From contig CAXXVZ010000003.1 in NCBI GenBank assembly GCA_963678065.2, positions 1,312,001-1,376,000 on the forward strand: a DNA stretch of 64,000 bases. The letters run 5' to 3'. The stretch's first letter is position 1. Every line of letters starts with the position of its first letter. Shown in pieces: positions 45,118-55,810 of this stretch. This stretch comes from Treponemataceae bacterium. Lineage in GTDB: Bacteria; Spirochaetota; Spirochaetia; Treponematales; Rectinemataceae. The notes beneath the pieces are model-generated. The model searched no databases, was not told the origin of the DNA, and worked only from the letters and a program-made list of their open reading frames with translations. Made by a program: the position numbers and the translations under genes.

Positions 45118-46208
45118 AAATCCTCTTCGAAAAACGGAAATCAGCCTCCGTTCCGGCCCTCTTCCTCGTCCCTCTCCTCTCCTTCGCGGTCTCGCTCACC
45201 CTCACGGGTATCCTCCTCGTCGTGTTCGGGGCGGACCCCTTCAAGACCTACGCGGCCATGTTCAAAGGAGCCTTCGGGACACAGTCCGGATTCACGGAGA
45301 CCCTCGTCAAGGCGATTCCCCTCATGCTGACGGGCCTCGGCGTCTCCTTCGCCTTCCGCCTCAAGTTCTGGAACATCGGCGCCGAGGGTCAGCTCACTCT
45401 GGGCGGCGTCGCCACGGCCTGGGTCATGCTCTTCATGGACGGCTGGATACCGCAGCCCCTGCTCCTGCCAGCCGCCATTCTCGCCGGCTGCGCCGCGGGC
45501 GCTCTCTGGGCCGGCATCCCCGCGGTGCTCAAGACATCCCTCAAGGTCGACGAAACCCTCGTCACCCTCATGATGAACTATGTCGCCATCCTCATTTCGG
45601 AATTCCTGTATTACGGCCCCTGGCGGGACCCGAAAGGCTTCGGCTTCCCGGGTTCGAAGCCCTTCCCCGAGTATGCCTGGCTGCCCCGCATCATGGGACG
45701 CGCCCACATAGGCATCTACTTCGCCATCGCCCTCGCGCTTATACTGTGGGTCGTACAGAAGCGGACACGCTGGGGCTTCGAGCTCGGCATCATCGGCGCG
45801 AGCCAGAAGGCCGCCCGCTACCAGGGCATCGCCGTCGAGCGCAATATCGTCCTCGCAATCCTCGTGTCGGGCGCGCTGTGCGGCATGGCCGGCTCCTTCG
45901 AGCTGAGCGGCATATCCCACCGCCTCCAGCAGGGGCTCTCCGTCGGTTACGGCTACACGGCCATCATCGTGGGCTGGATGTCCCAGCTCAACCCGATCGC
46001 CGTCCTCTTCGTGTCCACGCTGATGGCCGGCCTCCTCACGGGCGGCGACCAGGTCCAGATGATGATGAAACTGCCGGCCGCCATGGGCCTCGTCATGCAG
46101 GGCATGATCCTCTTCCCCCTCCTCGCCGGATCGCTTTTCACGGAATACCACATCAGGCTGATCAGCAAGCCAAAACCGAAGGCAGCCTGCGCCGAAGGAG
46201 AGTCATGA
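45114..46208 (+). CDS. Nucleoside ABC permease 1
   Basis: WNIGAEGQ, TLMMNY, GYGYTAI; ATGA overlap. Confidence 0.92.
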   Translation: MKILFEKRKSASVPALFLVPLLSFAVSLTLTGILLVVFGADPFKTYAAMFKGAFGTQSGFTETLVKAIPLMLTGLGVSFAFRLKFWNIGAEGQLTLGGVATAWVMLFMDGWIPQPLLLPAAILAGCAAGALWAGIPAVLKTSLKVDETLVTLMMNYVAILISEFLYYGPWRDPKGFGFPGSKPFPEYAWLPRIMGRAHIGIYFAIALALILWVVQKRTRWGFELGIIGASQKAARYQGIAVERNIVLAILVSGALCGMAGSFELSGISHRLQQGLSVGYGYTAIIVGWMSQLNPIAVLFVSTLMAGLLTGGDQVQMMMKLPAAMGLVMQGMILFPLLAGSLFTEYHIRLISKPKPKAACAEGES

Positions 46209-47158
46209 TGGACCTCGTAACATCGATCCTCACGATCACCCTCAGGGCCGGAACGAGCCTCATCTTCGCCACGATCGGGGAAACCCTCACGGAGCGCGCG
46301 GGCATCCTCAACCTCGGACTCGAGGGCATGATGCTGATGGGCGCCGTCAGCTCTTTTGCGGCCTCCTTCTACACGCACAATATCGCCCTCGCCATCCTCG
46401 TCGCCCTCGGCGTCGGCGCCCTTATGGCCTCGATCCACGCCTTTCTGACCGTGACCATGCGCGCAAACCAGGTCGTGTCCGGACTCTCCATGACCCTCTT
46501 CGGAACCGGCTTCGCGAGCTTCCTCGGCCAGAAGATGGGCCCGGCCTCCAACAACTTCCGCCTCGTCGGCCTCTCTGCCGCGAAGCTGACGCCGCATAGA
46601 ATCCCTGTCCTCGGCGATCTTCCCATCCTGGGCGCCATCGTCAATCAGGACTACATGACCTACGCCGTCTATCTTCTCATACCGGTGGCCTGGTTCTTCC
46701 TCTACAAGACGCGCCCCGGACTCTGGCTCCGCTCGGTGGGCGACGATCCCCAGACCGCCGATGCCATGGGCATCGACGTCTTCAGGACCAAGTACCTCTA
46801 CACGATCCTCGGGGGCATGCTCGTGGCCTTGGGCGGCGCGCACCTCTCCCTCTCCTACACGCCTGGCTGGACCGAGAACATCACGGGAGGGCGCGGCTGG
46901 ATCGTCATCGCCCTCGTCATCTTCTCGATGTGGAACCCGGCGCGCGCCATCTGGGGGGCTCTCCTCTTCGGCGGCATCAACGCCGTGCAGTTCCGCCTCC
47001 AGGCATCGGGCACGACCATTCCCGCGGGCTTTCTCAACATGCTGCCCTACATCATGACCATCCTCGTCCTCGTCGCCATGACCTGGTGGGAGGCCCTGTC
47101 CAAGAAGATGGGGGCGCCAGCCTCGCTCGGGAACTCGTACATGCGGGAAGACAAGTAG
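46205..47158 (+). CDS. Nucleoside ABC permease 2
   Basis: ERAGILNLGLEGMM, ANQVVSG, GRGWIVIALV, MLPY; ATGA overlap. Confidence 0.92.
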   Translation: MMDLVTSILTITLRAGTSLIFATIGETLTERAGILNLGLEGMMLMGAVSSFAASFYTHNIALAILVALGVGALMASIHAFLTVTMRANQVVSGLSMTLFGTGFASFLGQKMGPASNNFRLVGLSAAKLTPHRIPVLGDLPILGAIVNQDYMTYAVYLLIPVAWFFLYKTRPGLWLRSVGDDPQTADAMGIDVFRTKYLYTILGGMLVALGGAHLSLSYTPGWTENITGGRGWIVIALVIFSMWNPARAIWGALLFGGINAVQFRLQASGTTIPAGFLNMLPYIMTILVLVAMTWWEALSKKMGAPASLGNSYMREDK

Positions 47159-47211
47159 AGCGCGCCCCGATCGGAAGCGCGCTCCGCAGTGTTCGATACA
47201 AGGACCGGATG

Positions 47212-47994
47212 TCAAAGGAAGAGTTCAGTCTCTTTTCTCGTAGCGCATTGTGCGGGTAGCATCGCCATCGCATCCAGGAATTTTTTATCATCCATGCGCT
47301 TCGCCTGTCGGGGGCATTCCTGGATGCAGCGGAAGCATGCGATGCATCGCATACGGTCCACTTCCGCTGTATTCGAGGGATCGATAGCGGCCATCGGACA
47401 GACCCGGGCACAGTGACCGCATCTGTCGCACGCAGAGTCAGTAGTAGGTGCAATATGATAGGCGATCCCGCGCGTATACGGCTTATTCCCTTTTATCGGC
47501 AATTCGTCGCGCGCTTCGACATCGGATAGTGCTTGCAGTTTCCGTCTGACTCGCGCCCCGAATTCCAAAGCAGCCCGCATGTCGATCACATCAGGCCTCC
47601 CCCGCGCAATTTCGCCGGCACAGGCATGCTGCCCGATGAAAGCTCCCGCAGCTATCCCGACAAAACCCCTTTCTTCGCAGCGATCCCGGAGCTCTGCCAG
47701 GGCGTCCTCATAGTCGCGATTCCCGTACGACACGACGAACACCGCGGGGCTCCGGTCGGCGGTAAGGCCCCGGAAGAATTCCATAAAGTTATCCGGTATC
47801 CTGCCGCCATAGACAGGCATTCCGATTACGACGCACTCATCCTTCTTGAAGCTGCGCTTACTCCATCTCGCCTCGAACGGCGTGAGGTCATGATCCGCGA
47901 ATCCCCCGCCCAGGCCCTCGGCTATCGCGGTGACGACCCGCCTGACATTCCCGGTCGGGCTGAAATAGAGGGTCGATACACAGGATATATCCAT
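47212..47994 (-). CDS. EFR1-type flavodoxin-like / 2x[4Fe-4S] ferredoxin protein
   Basis: YFSPTGN, PVYGGR, YGNRDYEDAL, CDRCGHCARVCP, CIACFRCIQECP. Confidence 0.9.
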   Translation of the reverse strand: MDISCVSTLYFSPTGNVRRVVTAIAEGLGGGFADHDLTPFEARWSKRSFKKDECVVIGMPVYGGRIPDNFMEFFRGLTADRSPAVFVVSYGNRDYEDALAELRDRCEERGFVGIAAGAFIGQHACAGEIARGRPDVIDMRAALEFGARVRRKLQALSDVEARDELPIKGNKPYTRGIAYHIAPTTDSACDRCGHCARVCPMAAIDPSNTAEVDRMRCIACFRCIQECPRQAKRMDDKKFLDAMAMLPAQCATRKETELFL

Positions 47995-48006
47995 GCGGCA
48001 ACTCCT

Positions 48007-49299
48007 TCATTGCGATTGGCTTAGTGGCTTGTTCCCGGCTCCATCCACGTCACGGCGATTATTCGCCTTCCACGGTGTCTCGCAGCGGAAGGCCGGGACG
48101 ATATCCTGAGACTGTATCCTGCCAAGTATCGTGGCCATCCGCTTGAGTCCCTCGCCGAGGACACTTCGCGCACAGGCGACATTTATTCGTATATAGCCCG
48201 TCCCTTCCACGCCAAAGAGCGAACCTCCCTCGGCGAAGACGCGACCCTCCCTCACCATCGATCGCATGAGGGCACTCTCCTCGAAGCGATATGCTCTCAC
48301 ATCGATCCAGGCGAGATAGGTGCCCTCCGGTGTGACGCATGTGGCCTTTGGAAGTGCATCTTCAAGGAATGTCTGCAAAAACATGAAATTCCCGTCAAGG
48401 TAGGCTCGCACTTCCTCGAGCCATTCCTCGCATTCGCCGAACGCGCTCTCCGCCGCGACGATCGCCAGGGCCGTGGGCCTCTTGAGCCCCAGGCGTCCGA
48501 CGACGTACTCGCGCCACCTGTCCCGTATGCGCGGATCGTGGATAACGATGTTCGAGAGCTGCATGCCGGCCACGTTGAAGGTCTTGCTCGGCGCCGTGGC
48601 CGTGATGATCCGGTCTTTGAACTCCGGGAACACCTTTTCGAGCGGCGTGTGGACGACCCCGCCGCGCACGAGATCGCAGTGTATCTCGTCCGAGATCACC
48701 GCGATGTTTGTCCTCTCGAAGAGCGACCTGAGCTTCCCCAGCTCGCTCTCGCTCCAGACACGGCCGACGGGATTATGCGGACTGCAGAGGACCAACAGCT
48801 TCGCGGTCGGATCCAGCATCTTCGCATCGAGGTCGGGGATGTCCATTTCGTAGCGGCCGTCCCGGCAGACCAGCGGATTGTTGATCACGGTCCTTCCATG
48901 GTTCACGACCGTGCGGGTGAAAGGATAGTATACGGGCCGCTGGATGATGACCCCGTCGCCGGGCTCGGTCAGGATATCGATGAGGTATCCGATGGCCGGA
49001 ATGACGCCGGGACTGAATACGATGCTCTCCGAATTGAGGTACCACCCGAACCGATGCTGATACCACCCGCAGACGGCGCGATAGAATCGGCTCGTCCCGT
49101 TGGAACTGTACCCGAAGATCAATCGGTCGACGCGCTCGCGCAGGGCCTCGATCATGGGCTGGGCGCAGGGGAAGTCCATGTCGGCGATCCACAAGGGGAT
49201 GGTCCCCGGCGGGACCTCCGGGTCCGATTCCTGCATGAATTCCCATTTCACGCTGTTCGTCCCGTCGCGGTCGATGAAGCGATCAAAATCATAGGACAT
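48007..49299 (-). CDS. MalY/PatB-family PLP-dependent C-S lyase
   Basis: SVKW, PLWIADMDF, CSPHNPVGRVW, SDEIH, APSKTFN, EGTYLAW. Confidence 0.92.
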   Translation of the reverse strand: MSYDFDRFIDRDGTNSVKWEFMQESDPEVPPGTIPLWIADMDFPCAQPMIEALRERVDRLIFGYSSNGTSRFYRAVCGWYQHRFGWYLNSESIVFSPGVIPAIGYLIDILTEPGDGVIIQRPVYYPFTRTVVNHGRTVINNPLVCRDGRYEMDIPDLDAKMLDPTAKLLVLCSPHNPVGRVWSESELGKLRSLFERTNIAVISDEIHCDLVRGGVVHTPLEKVFPEFKDRIITATAPSKTFNVAGMQLSNIVIHDPRIRDRWREYVVGRLGLKRPTALAIVAAESAFGECEEWLEEVRAYLDGNFMFLQTFLEDALPKATCVTPEGTYLAWIDVRAYRFEESALMRSMVREGRVFAEGGSLFGVEGTGYIRINVACARSVLGEGLKRMATILGRIQSQDIVPAFRCETPWKANNRRDVDGAGNKPLSQSQ

Positions 49300-49338
49300 G
49301 TCGTTCTCCCGAGGGGGGCCGATCGCGGCCCTGCCGAG

Positions 49339-50526
49339 TCATTCTATTCTGAGCGCCAAGCTCTTCTTCATGACGGATTCCGTCAGCTCCTGTCCGATCC
49401 CGGGAAGGTCAGGTATCTCGAAGAAGCCGTCATGGGGCTCGTACCTGTGTGTGCACATATCCAAATTCGATTCGTGCAAGGCATTGGCGTGGTGCTCGTG
49501 TATCAGGAAATTCGGGATCGCCGCTTCCATCTGCAGGGCCGCCGCCGTGGCCAGCGGACTTCCGCATACGTGGCATTGGATGTTCACGTCGTATATGCTC
49601 GCGTAATCGCATATCTTCTTGGTCTCGGTAAACCCTCCGGCCAACCCGATGTCGGGCTGCGCGACCGCCAATACTCCCTTCTCGAAGTACGGCCTGTATC
49701 CCCAACGGCTTTGAATCCGCTCGCCGCCGGCCAGAGGCGTCCTGATGCCTTGGGCCACCTTGGCCATGTCGTCGACATTGAGTGGATGGATGGGTTCTTC
49801 GCAGAACAGGCAGCTGTACTCTTCGAGCGCGTTCCCGAATTGAATGGCGGAACTGGTGCCGAGGAAGGAATGGAGCTCGATTATGATATCCACGTCGGGC
49901 CCCACCGCCGACCTGATCGCCTTCACCCTGCTGGAGAAGAGCCGGAGCTGGTCGTTCTTCAGCAGGCCGCCCAGGTTCGCTGTCGCCCATTCGCCGTCTG
50001 CGTTGAATCCGACCGGATCGACCTTGACGCAGTCGTAGCCTTCCGCGACGGCCTTGAGCGCGGCCTCCGCGTATTCTTCCGGCTTCACCAGGTTCCGGTT
50101 GACCTTGCCCCAGTCGTTCTGGATTTGGCTGGCGTAGGTTCTCACTCTATCCCGAGTCTTGCCCCCGAGCAGCTCGTACACGGGGACGCCTAAGGCCTTC
50201 CCCTTGATATCCCAGCACGCGGTATCTATGGCGCTCATGCCCCCGAATACAACGGTACCGCCGCCCATGCCCCAGAAGGTCTTTCGGAAGAGTTTCTCCC
50301 ATATCGCCTCGATCCGCATCGGATCGGCGCCGATGACGAAGCGGGAGAAATCCTTGACCATCCCGACGCCGGCCGAGCTGCCGGCTCCATAGGCGAGGCC
50401 TACCTCTCCGAACCCGCAGATGCCCTCATCGGTGTTGATCCTGATGACGACGGGCTTCCACTTCGAATCCTTGCGCGATCCGTTCCCGGATTCGATCTGG
50501 TAAACATCGATGCTCGATATTTTCAT
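49339..50526 (-). CDS. Mandelate-racemase-family acid-sugar dehydratase (galactonate dehydratase-like)
   Basis: SAIDTACWDIKGKALGVPVYELLGG, KVD, ELH, EEP, GER, QPD. Confidence 0.9.
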   Translation of the reverse strand: MKISSIDVYQIESGNGSRKDSKWKPVVIRINTDEGICGFGEVGLAYGAGSSAGVGMVKDFSRFVIGADPMRIEAIWEKLFRKTFWGMGGGTVVFGGMSAIDTACWDIKGKALGVPVYELLGGKTRDRVRTYASQIQNDWGKVNRNLVKPEEYAEAALKAVAEGYDCVKVDPVGFNADGEWATANLGGLLKNDQLRLFSSRVKAIRSAVGPDVDIIIELHSFLGTSSAIQFGNALEEYSCLFCEEPIHPLNVDDMAKVAQGIRTPLAGGERIQSRWGYRPYFEKGVLAVAQPDIGLAGGFTETKKICDYASIYDVNIQCHVCGSPLATAAALQMEAAIPNFLIHEHHANALHESNLDMCTHRYEPHDGFFEIPDLPGIGQELTESVMKKSLALRIE

Positions 50527-50560
50527 TCCTGTGCTCCTTTTCGGCGCGTCGGGCCCCCGG

Positions 50561-51493
50561 TTACTTGACCAGGCCCCAGGCCTTGAGCTTTTGCGCGAAG
50601 GCGGAAACCTGCTCATCCGACAAGGGCAGGAGCGGTGGGCGGACGGGACCGCCCGCGAGACCGAGCATGTCCATCGCCTTCTTGGCGTAGGGCACCTGCC
50701 CGAAGGTCTGGTTGATCGCGCCGCTCCACCACCAGTCGTACAGCTGGAATTCCTCCTCGTGCACCTTTTGCGCCAGGTCGAAGTCCCGACTCTCAATGGC
50801 CTTCCACATCCGGAGGCTCAAGCCGGGATTGAAGCAGGACACGAAGGAGATGAAGCCTCTCATCTTGGCCAGGGCGGCGAAGGGCTCGTAGCATGACGAT
50901 CCCGCGAAAACGAGCAATTCCGAAGCGAGAGCCTCGGCATGGAAGAAGCGCTTTATGTTCTCCGAAGTCTCCTTGAGCGCGAAGACCTTGTCCAGTTTCG
51001 CCAGCTTTCGCACTAATCCCACCGACATATCGCTTCCGCCGCTCACCTGGGGGTTGTTGTAGAGCATGATCGGCAGCTCGGTCCGATCGTTGACGAATTT
51101 ATAGAAGCTGTACATCTGGTCGGCGTTGAATGGCAGGTAATAGGGCTGGACGATCATCACCGCGTCCGCGCCCACTTTCCTGGAATACTTCGCCAGCTCG
51201 ACTACGGCGAAGGCGTTCGTGTCGTTGCAGCCGGCGATGACGGGCACCCTGCCAGCGGCAGCCTCGACCGAGGCCGCGATGACCTGCTTCCTTTCCTCCA
51301 TATCCATCGCATAGCACTCGCCGGTGCTGCCGTTCGCGATCAGAAACCCGCATGACGAGTCGATGCCGCTCTCGACGAGATAATCGACGTTCTTCTTGAT
51401 CCCGGGGACATTCAGGCTCAGATCCTGGTTGAAAGGCGTCATCAACAGGGCGCCGACTCCCTTGAATTTACTCTCTTGATCCTTCGTGAACAT
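50561..51493 (-). CDS. DHDPS/NAL-family class I aldolase or dehydratase (copy B)
   Basis: GSTGE, PYY, MLYNNP, Schiff-base Lys in ALKET, VRPPL. Confidence 0.88.
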   Translation of the reverse strand: MFTKDQESKFKGVGALLMTPFNQDLSLNVPGIKKNVDYLVESGIDSSCGFLIANGSTGECYAMDMEERKQVIAASVEAAAGRVPVIAGCNDTNAFAVVELAKYSRKVGADAVMIVQPYYLPFNADQMYSFYKFVNDRTELPIMLYNNPQVSGGSDMSVGLVRKLAKLDKVFALKETSENIKRFFHAEALASELLVFAGSSCYEPFAALAKMRGFISFVSCFNPGLSLRMWKAIESRDFDLAQKVHEEEFQLYDWWWSGAINQTFGQVPYAKKAMDMLGLAGGPVRPPLLPLSDEQVSAFAQKLKAWGLVK

Positions 51494-51560
51494 GTGTCTC
51501 TTCCTTTGCACCATCTCACGTGGTGCTCTGTAGATAAAACTGGAAACAGAACCCGGAGGC

Positions 51561-52394
51561 TCAGCCCTTGACCGCACCGGCTCCCCAGCCCTTGATCAGC
51601 GCCTTCTGGGTGAAGAGGAAGATCACCAAGGCGGGAATGCTCACCAGGACACTTCCCGTCAGGATGAACTCCCACAGCGTATCGAACTGCCCCACAAAGC
51701 CGTTCAACCCGATCGTGTACGTCATCTTCGCGTCGGTGCTTATCATGACCAGGGCGATGATGTACTCGTTCCAGGCGACAGTGAACGAGTAGACACTGAT
51801 CGCGACGATGCCGGGAATGATCATCGGCAGGACGACGGTGAATAGAGTCCTCACCCGTCCCGCTCCGTCGATTGCCGCCGCCTCCTCCACCTCGAGCGGT
51901 ACGGAAGACACGAAGGAGCGCAGCGTCCACAGGCAGTACGGAAGGCAGAGCGCGACATAGGCGATTATCAGACCGAGGAGCGAATCTATCAGATGTATTC
52001 GCTGGAACCACAAGTACAACGGGATAATCAGAAGAACGCTCGGCAGGAGATAGGCGTACAGGGAAAACGCAGCCAGGAAATTCCGGCCGCGATACGTGAA
52101 CCGGGCCAGACTGTACGCGCCCATGACGGAGAGGAGAATGGTCGACAGCACGGTGACCAGCGTCGTGATCACGCTGTTTACAAGGAAATGCGAAAACTGC
52201 GTTTGCGAAAACAGATTTCTATAGTTTTCCAGCGTCCATCTCTTGGGGAAGAAGGTCGGCGGAATGCTGAAGAACTCCCCCTTCGGCCTGATCGAGCACA
52301 GGAATACCCAGAGGATCGGGCCGATGGCGAAGAGCACGAACAGGATGATGCATACATAGAAGAGGAAACGGAGGACCAGTCGCTTCGTTGTCAT
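51561..52394 (-). CDS. Carbohydrate ABC permease (MalG-like)
   Basis: EEAAAIDGA EAA loop, WNEY. Confidence 0.93.
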   Translation of the reverse strand: MTTKRLVLRFLFYVCIILFVLFAIGPILWVFLCSIRPKGEFFSIPPTFFPKRWTLENYRNLFSQTQFSHFLVNSVITTLVTVLSTILLSVMGAYSLARFTYRGRNFLAAFSLYAYLLPSVLLIIPLYLWFQRIHLIDSLLGLIIAYVALCLPYCLWTLRSFVSSVPLEVEEAAAIDGAGRVRTLFTVVLPMIIPGIVAISVYSFTVAWNEYIIALVMISTDAKMTYTIGLNGFVGQFDTLWEFILTGSVLVSIPALVIFLFTQKALIKGWGAGAVKG

Positions 52395-53281
52395 TCCATA
52401 CCCACCGATCGCCTGGATTTCATGAGGCGCATATAAACGACGATCAGGATCGTCACCAACACTGCAACTATCAGAGAGATCGCTGCTCCCCTACCCAATT
52501 CCATGCCGGTAAACGCGTATTTGTAGGCATACAGGGGCAAGGTCGTCGTGCTTACCCCCGGCCCGCCTCCCGTCAGCATGAATATCTCGTCGAATTTTTT
52601 GAACATGAAGATCAAGCGCAGGAGTACGATGACACTTACGATCTCCCGTATGGCAGGCATCGTGATATAACGGAACTGTTCGAAGAAATTCGCTCCGTCC
52701 ATCTGCGCCGATTCGTAGAGCTCCTTGGGGACTGTCTGCAGCCCGGCCAGGACGTTGATGACGACGAAGGCGTAGTACTTCCATATTCCGATGAACAGGA
52801 CCACCATCAGGGCCCTGCTGAACGATCCGAGCCAGCTTACAGGATTGTCGATGAGGTGCATCCCCTGCAAAACCGCGTTGATGATGCCGTAGTTCTCGTT
52901 CAGCAGCCAGCGCCATGTGAGGCTCACCGATATCATCGGCATGAAGAAGGGCAGCAGTATCAGGGCACGGGCCAATCCCCTGCCCTTGAACTCCTCGTTG
53001 AGGAAAAGGGCGATTATGATCCCCAGCAGCATCTGTCCGCCGACTGTAACGACGACCCAAATCGCGCTCAGCCAGGCGGCATGCCAGAAGTTGGGGTCCT
53101 TGAAGGTCTCGATGTAGTTCTTGAGCCCGATGAAATGCCCGTCCAACTCGTAGATGAGCTGCGAGTGGAGACTCAGCTTCATCGCGAAATAGAAAGGATA
53201 GATGATGAGGGCGCACAGGGCCAATAAAGACGGCAACAACAACAACACGCCCAGCAGGTTCTCTTTTTTCTTGTAATGCAT
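52391..53281 (-). CDS. Carbohydrate ABC permease (MalF-like)
   Basis: GLKNY, ELYESAQMDGA, LTGGGPG. Confidence 0.93.
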   Translation of the reverse strand: MHYKKKENLLGVLLLLPSLLALCALIIYPFYFAMKLSLHSQLIYELDGHFIGLKNYIETFKDPNFWHAAWLSAIWVVVTVGGQMLLGIIIALFLNEEFKGRGLARALILLPFFMPMISVSLTWRWLLNENYGIINAVLQGMHLIDNPVSWLGSFSRALMVVLFIGIWKYYAFVVINVLAGLQTVPKELYESAQMDGANFFEQFRYITMPAIREIVSVIVLLRLIFMFKKFDEIFMLTGGGPGVSTTTLPLYAYKYAFTGMELGRGAAISLIVAVLVTILIVVYMRLMKSRRSVGME

Positions 53282-53369
53282 GCGCACCCCCTCTTCTGAT
53301 ACCGCCTGAGGATATCGATCGTCTTTGAATCACGACCGATCGATATCCCCAATGCGGTTGCGACAGGAT

Positions 53370-54668
53370 TTACTTGAGCCCGAAAGAATCGCGCCAGGTT
53401 TTCGCGATGGTCCTGAGCGCCTGCTCAGGGGTCACCTGCCCGGTGATAGCCTTGGAGAGCTCGTCGGAATAGACGGGGGCGGCGATGGCGCGGCCGAAAT
53501 AGGGATTGACGACGCCGCCGTTCCTGAACTGGAAGTCGGTTCCGTACTTGTAGGCGTAGTCCATGGACTTTTTCACGATGTCGCCCCAACGAGCGATATC
53601 AGGATATTCGAAATAGGCCTTGTTGGTGAGCCACCCCTGACGGACGGGCAGGCTGTGCCCGGGGACGGCGGCGGTGAGGAATTTGAAGTACTGCTCGTCG
53701 CTCATGTAGAACTCGATGAACTTCTTGGCGATGTCTGAGTTCTTCGAGGTCTTGAACACGACGAAGTCGTTGATGGTAGCCTTGACGAGTGGGGTCTTCA
53801 CGCTGGCGGCGACGGGACCGGGGGCGATATCCACCTTGGATCTCAGGTCGGGGTTGTAGCGATCTATCGTCGACATGAGTCTGCCGGGGTAACGGGTCAT
53901 CGCGACGATTCCTTTCGAGAACATGATGCCCACGTCGCTCATCCCGACATTCGCCACGCCGGGCGGGCAGTATTTCGTCTGCTCGCACAGGTACTGCAGC
54001 GCCTGGATCGCCTGGGGTGAATCAATCGTCACGTTGTTGTTCTTGTCGAAAGCTTCCGCGCCGAAAGCCCACAGCGAATTGAGGAACTCACCGGTGACGT
54101 TCGACGGGGAGAGGGCGATCCCGAGACCCCACTGGTTTATCTTGCCGTCGCCGTCGGTATCCACGGTCAGGGCTTTCGCCGCAGCCAGATACTCTTCGTT
54201 CGTCTTCGGCACCGCGATGCCGGCCTTTTCGAGGAGATCCTTGCGGTAGTAAAGGATCTTCGATTCCGTGGCCGCCGGAATATCGTAGATCTTGCCATCC
54301 TTGGTGGGCGTGAGGAAGTTGCGCGGAATGTCGCCGAGATGCTGGTACACGTCATCGAGCTGGACCAGGAATCCCTGATCGACGAGCCCGGCGACGTAGC
54401 GAGGGGAGAGGAAGGCCACGTCGGGAGCCGTGCCGGCCCGAAGCATCGCGGAGAGCTTGGGCAGGACCTCCTCCAGATCGGCGTGGCTCAGGACAACCTC
54501 GACCCCGGGGTTCGCCTTCTGGAACGCGGCTATGATCGAGTTGTCGGTCGCGACCGAGGACGGATCGGTTTCAGGGGTCAGGTAGGTGATCTTCTGGGGC
54601 CCGGCGGCCCAGAGCGAGACTGATAAGAGACAGGTCAATGCGATTACGGAAAAACCTCTCCTAGACAT
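53370..54668 (-). CDS. Carbohydrate ABC solute-binding protein (family 1)
   Basis: Signal peptide, AGTAPDV, YYRKDLLEKAG..VPKT. GGAGG SD. Confidence 0.9.
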   Translation of the reverse strand: MSRRGFSVIALTCLLSVSLWAAGPQKITYLTPETDPSSVATDNSIIAAFQKANPGVEVVLSHADLEEVLPKLSAMLRAGTAPDVAFLSPRYVAGLVDQGFLVQLDDVYQHLGDIPRNFLTPTKDGKIYDIPAATESKILYYRKDLLEKAGIAVPKTNEEYLAAAKALTVDTDGDGKINQWGLGIALSPSNVTGEFLNSLWAFGAEAFDKNNNVTIDSPQAIQALQYLCEQTKYCPPGVANVGMSDVGIMFSKGIVAMTRYPGRLMSTIDRYNPDLRSKVDIAPGPVAASVKTPLVKATINDFVVFKTSKNSDIAKKFIEFYMSDEQYFKFLTAAVPGHSLPVRQGWLTNKAYFEYPDIARWGDIVKKSMDYAYKYGTDFQFRNGGVVNPYFGRAIAAPVYSDELSKAITGQVTPEQALRTIAKTWRDSFGLK

Positions 54669-54746
54669 AGATACCTCCATGTTGATTTCCTTCGCAGGAT
54701 ATGACGATTGCGACTATGGACTCAAGTTCGGATACTGTCTGCGCGG

Positions 54747-55796
54747 CTATTCCCCACCTCCTTTTCTCGTCCTTTTCCTTGCCAGCAAAGCGCCGTATTC
54801 GATGGCCTCGATCATGCTTTGCGGGTTGGCGGTGCCTTTCCCGGCCTTCCCGAAGGCCGTGCCATGATCGACCGAACTGCGGATGATGGACAGGCCGAGC
54901 GTGATATTGACCCCGCTGATGGAGTCCCACTTCCCCGTGCCGTGGTCGTACTTGAAGCCGACAAGCTTCAAGGGGATGTGGCCCTGGTCGTGGTACATGA
55001 CGACGACGACGTCGTACTGCCCTGCCATCGCCTTGGAAAAAACCGTGTCGGGCGGCAGGGGCCCCTCCGCGTCGATTCCGGCCGCGACAGCTTCGGCTAT
55101 GGCGGGGACGATTTCCTTCGCCTCCTCGTCGCCGAACATCCCGTTCTCACCGGCATGGGGATTCAGGCCGGCGACGACGATCCTGGGCCTGGCGATGCCC
55201 AGGTTGATCAAGGCTTCGTTCGCGAGCCGGATGACGCACGATACCCGCTCGCGCTTGACGAGGTCGCAGGCTTTCCGCAGCGACACGTGCGTCGAGACGT
55301 GCACGACGCGGAGCGGCTCGTGTATCAGCATCATGGCGTAGTTCTTCGACCCCGCCCTCTCAGCGAATATCTCCGTGTGGCCGCTGTAGTGGTAGCCGGC
55401 TTGGTTGAGCGAATCCTTGTTGATGGGCGAAGTGATGACCGCGTCGACCTGCCCGGCCAGGGCGAAGTCGATCGATCGGGCGATCGATTCGAAGGCCGCC
55501 TTCCCGGACGAGGCCAGGACCTTCCCGAAGACGAGCTTATCGATGTCCACGTTGTCGAGATCCAGGTACTCGATCATCCCGTATTCCCCGACGGCGGCGG
55601 AAGGATCGGCGATTTTCTTGAGCTTCAGCGGCGATTTCACCATGGCGATCGCCTGCTCCATGACCTTCCGGTCTGCGACGACTACGGGAAGGCACAGGTC
55701 GTAGAGCTTCCTCTCGGCGAGAGCCTTGACTAGTATCTCCGGCCCGATGCCGGAGGGGTCGCCCATAGTGATGGCCAATTTCGGCAGGTTGTTCAT
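54747..55796 (-). CDS. pdxA: PdxA2-type 4-phospho-tetronate dehydrogenase
   Basis: ITMGDPSGIGPE, GHTE, STHVSL, LNPHAGE, MYHDQGH, SVDHGTA. DUF1537 kinase in the same operon points to PdxA2. Confidence 0.92.
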   Translation of the reverse strand: MNNLPKLAITMGDPSGIGPEILVKALAERKLYDLCLPVVVADRKVMEQAIAMVKSPLKLKKIADPSAAVGEYGMIEYLDLDNVDIDKLVFGKVLASSGKAAFESIARSIDFALAGQVDAVITSPINKDSLNQAGYHYSGHTEIFAERAGSKNYAMMLIHEPLRVVHVSTHVSLRKACDLVKRERVSCVIRLANEALINLGIARPRIVVAGLNPHAGENGMFGDEEAKEIVPAIAEAVAAGIDAEGPLPPDTVFSKAMAGQYDVVVVMYHDQGHIPLKLVGFKYDHGTGKWDSISGVNITLGLSIIRSSVDHGTAFGKAGKGTANPQSMIEAIEYGALLARKRTRKGGGE

Positions 55797-55810
55797 GGAT
55801 TCTTCCCCTT

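Noticed and set aside
47533..50193. Plus-strand ORFs up to 551 aa
   Set aside because: Antisense shadows of patB, the dehydratase and the ferredoxin gene.
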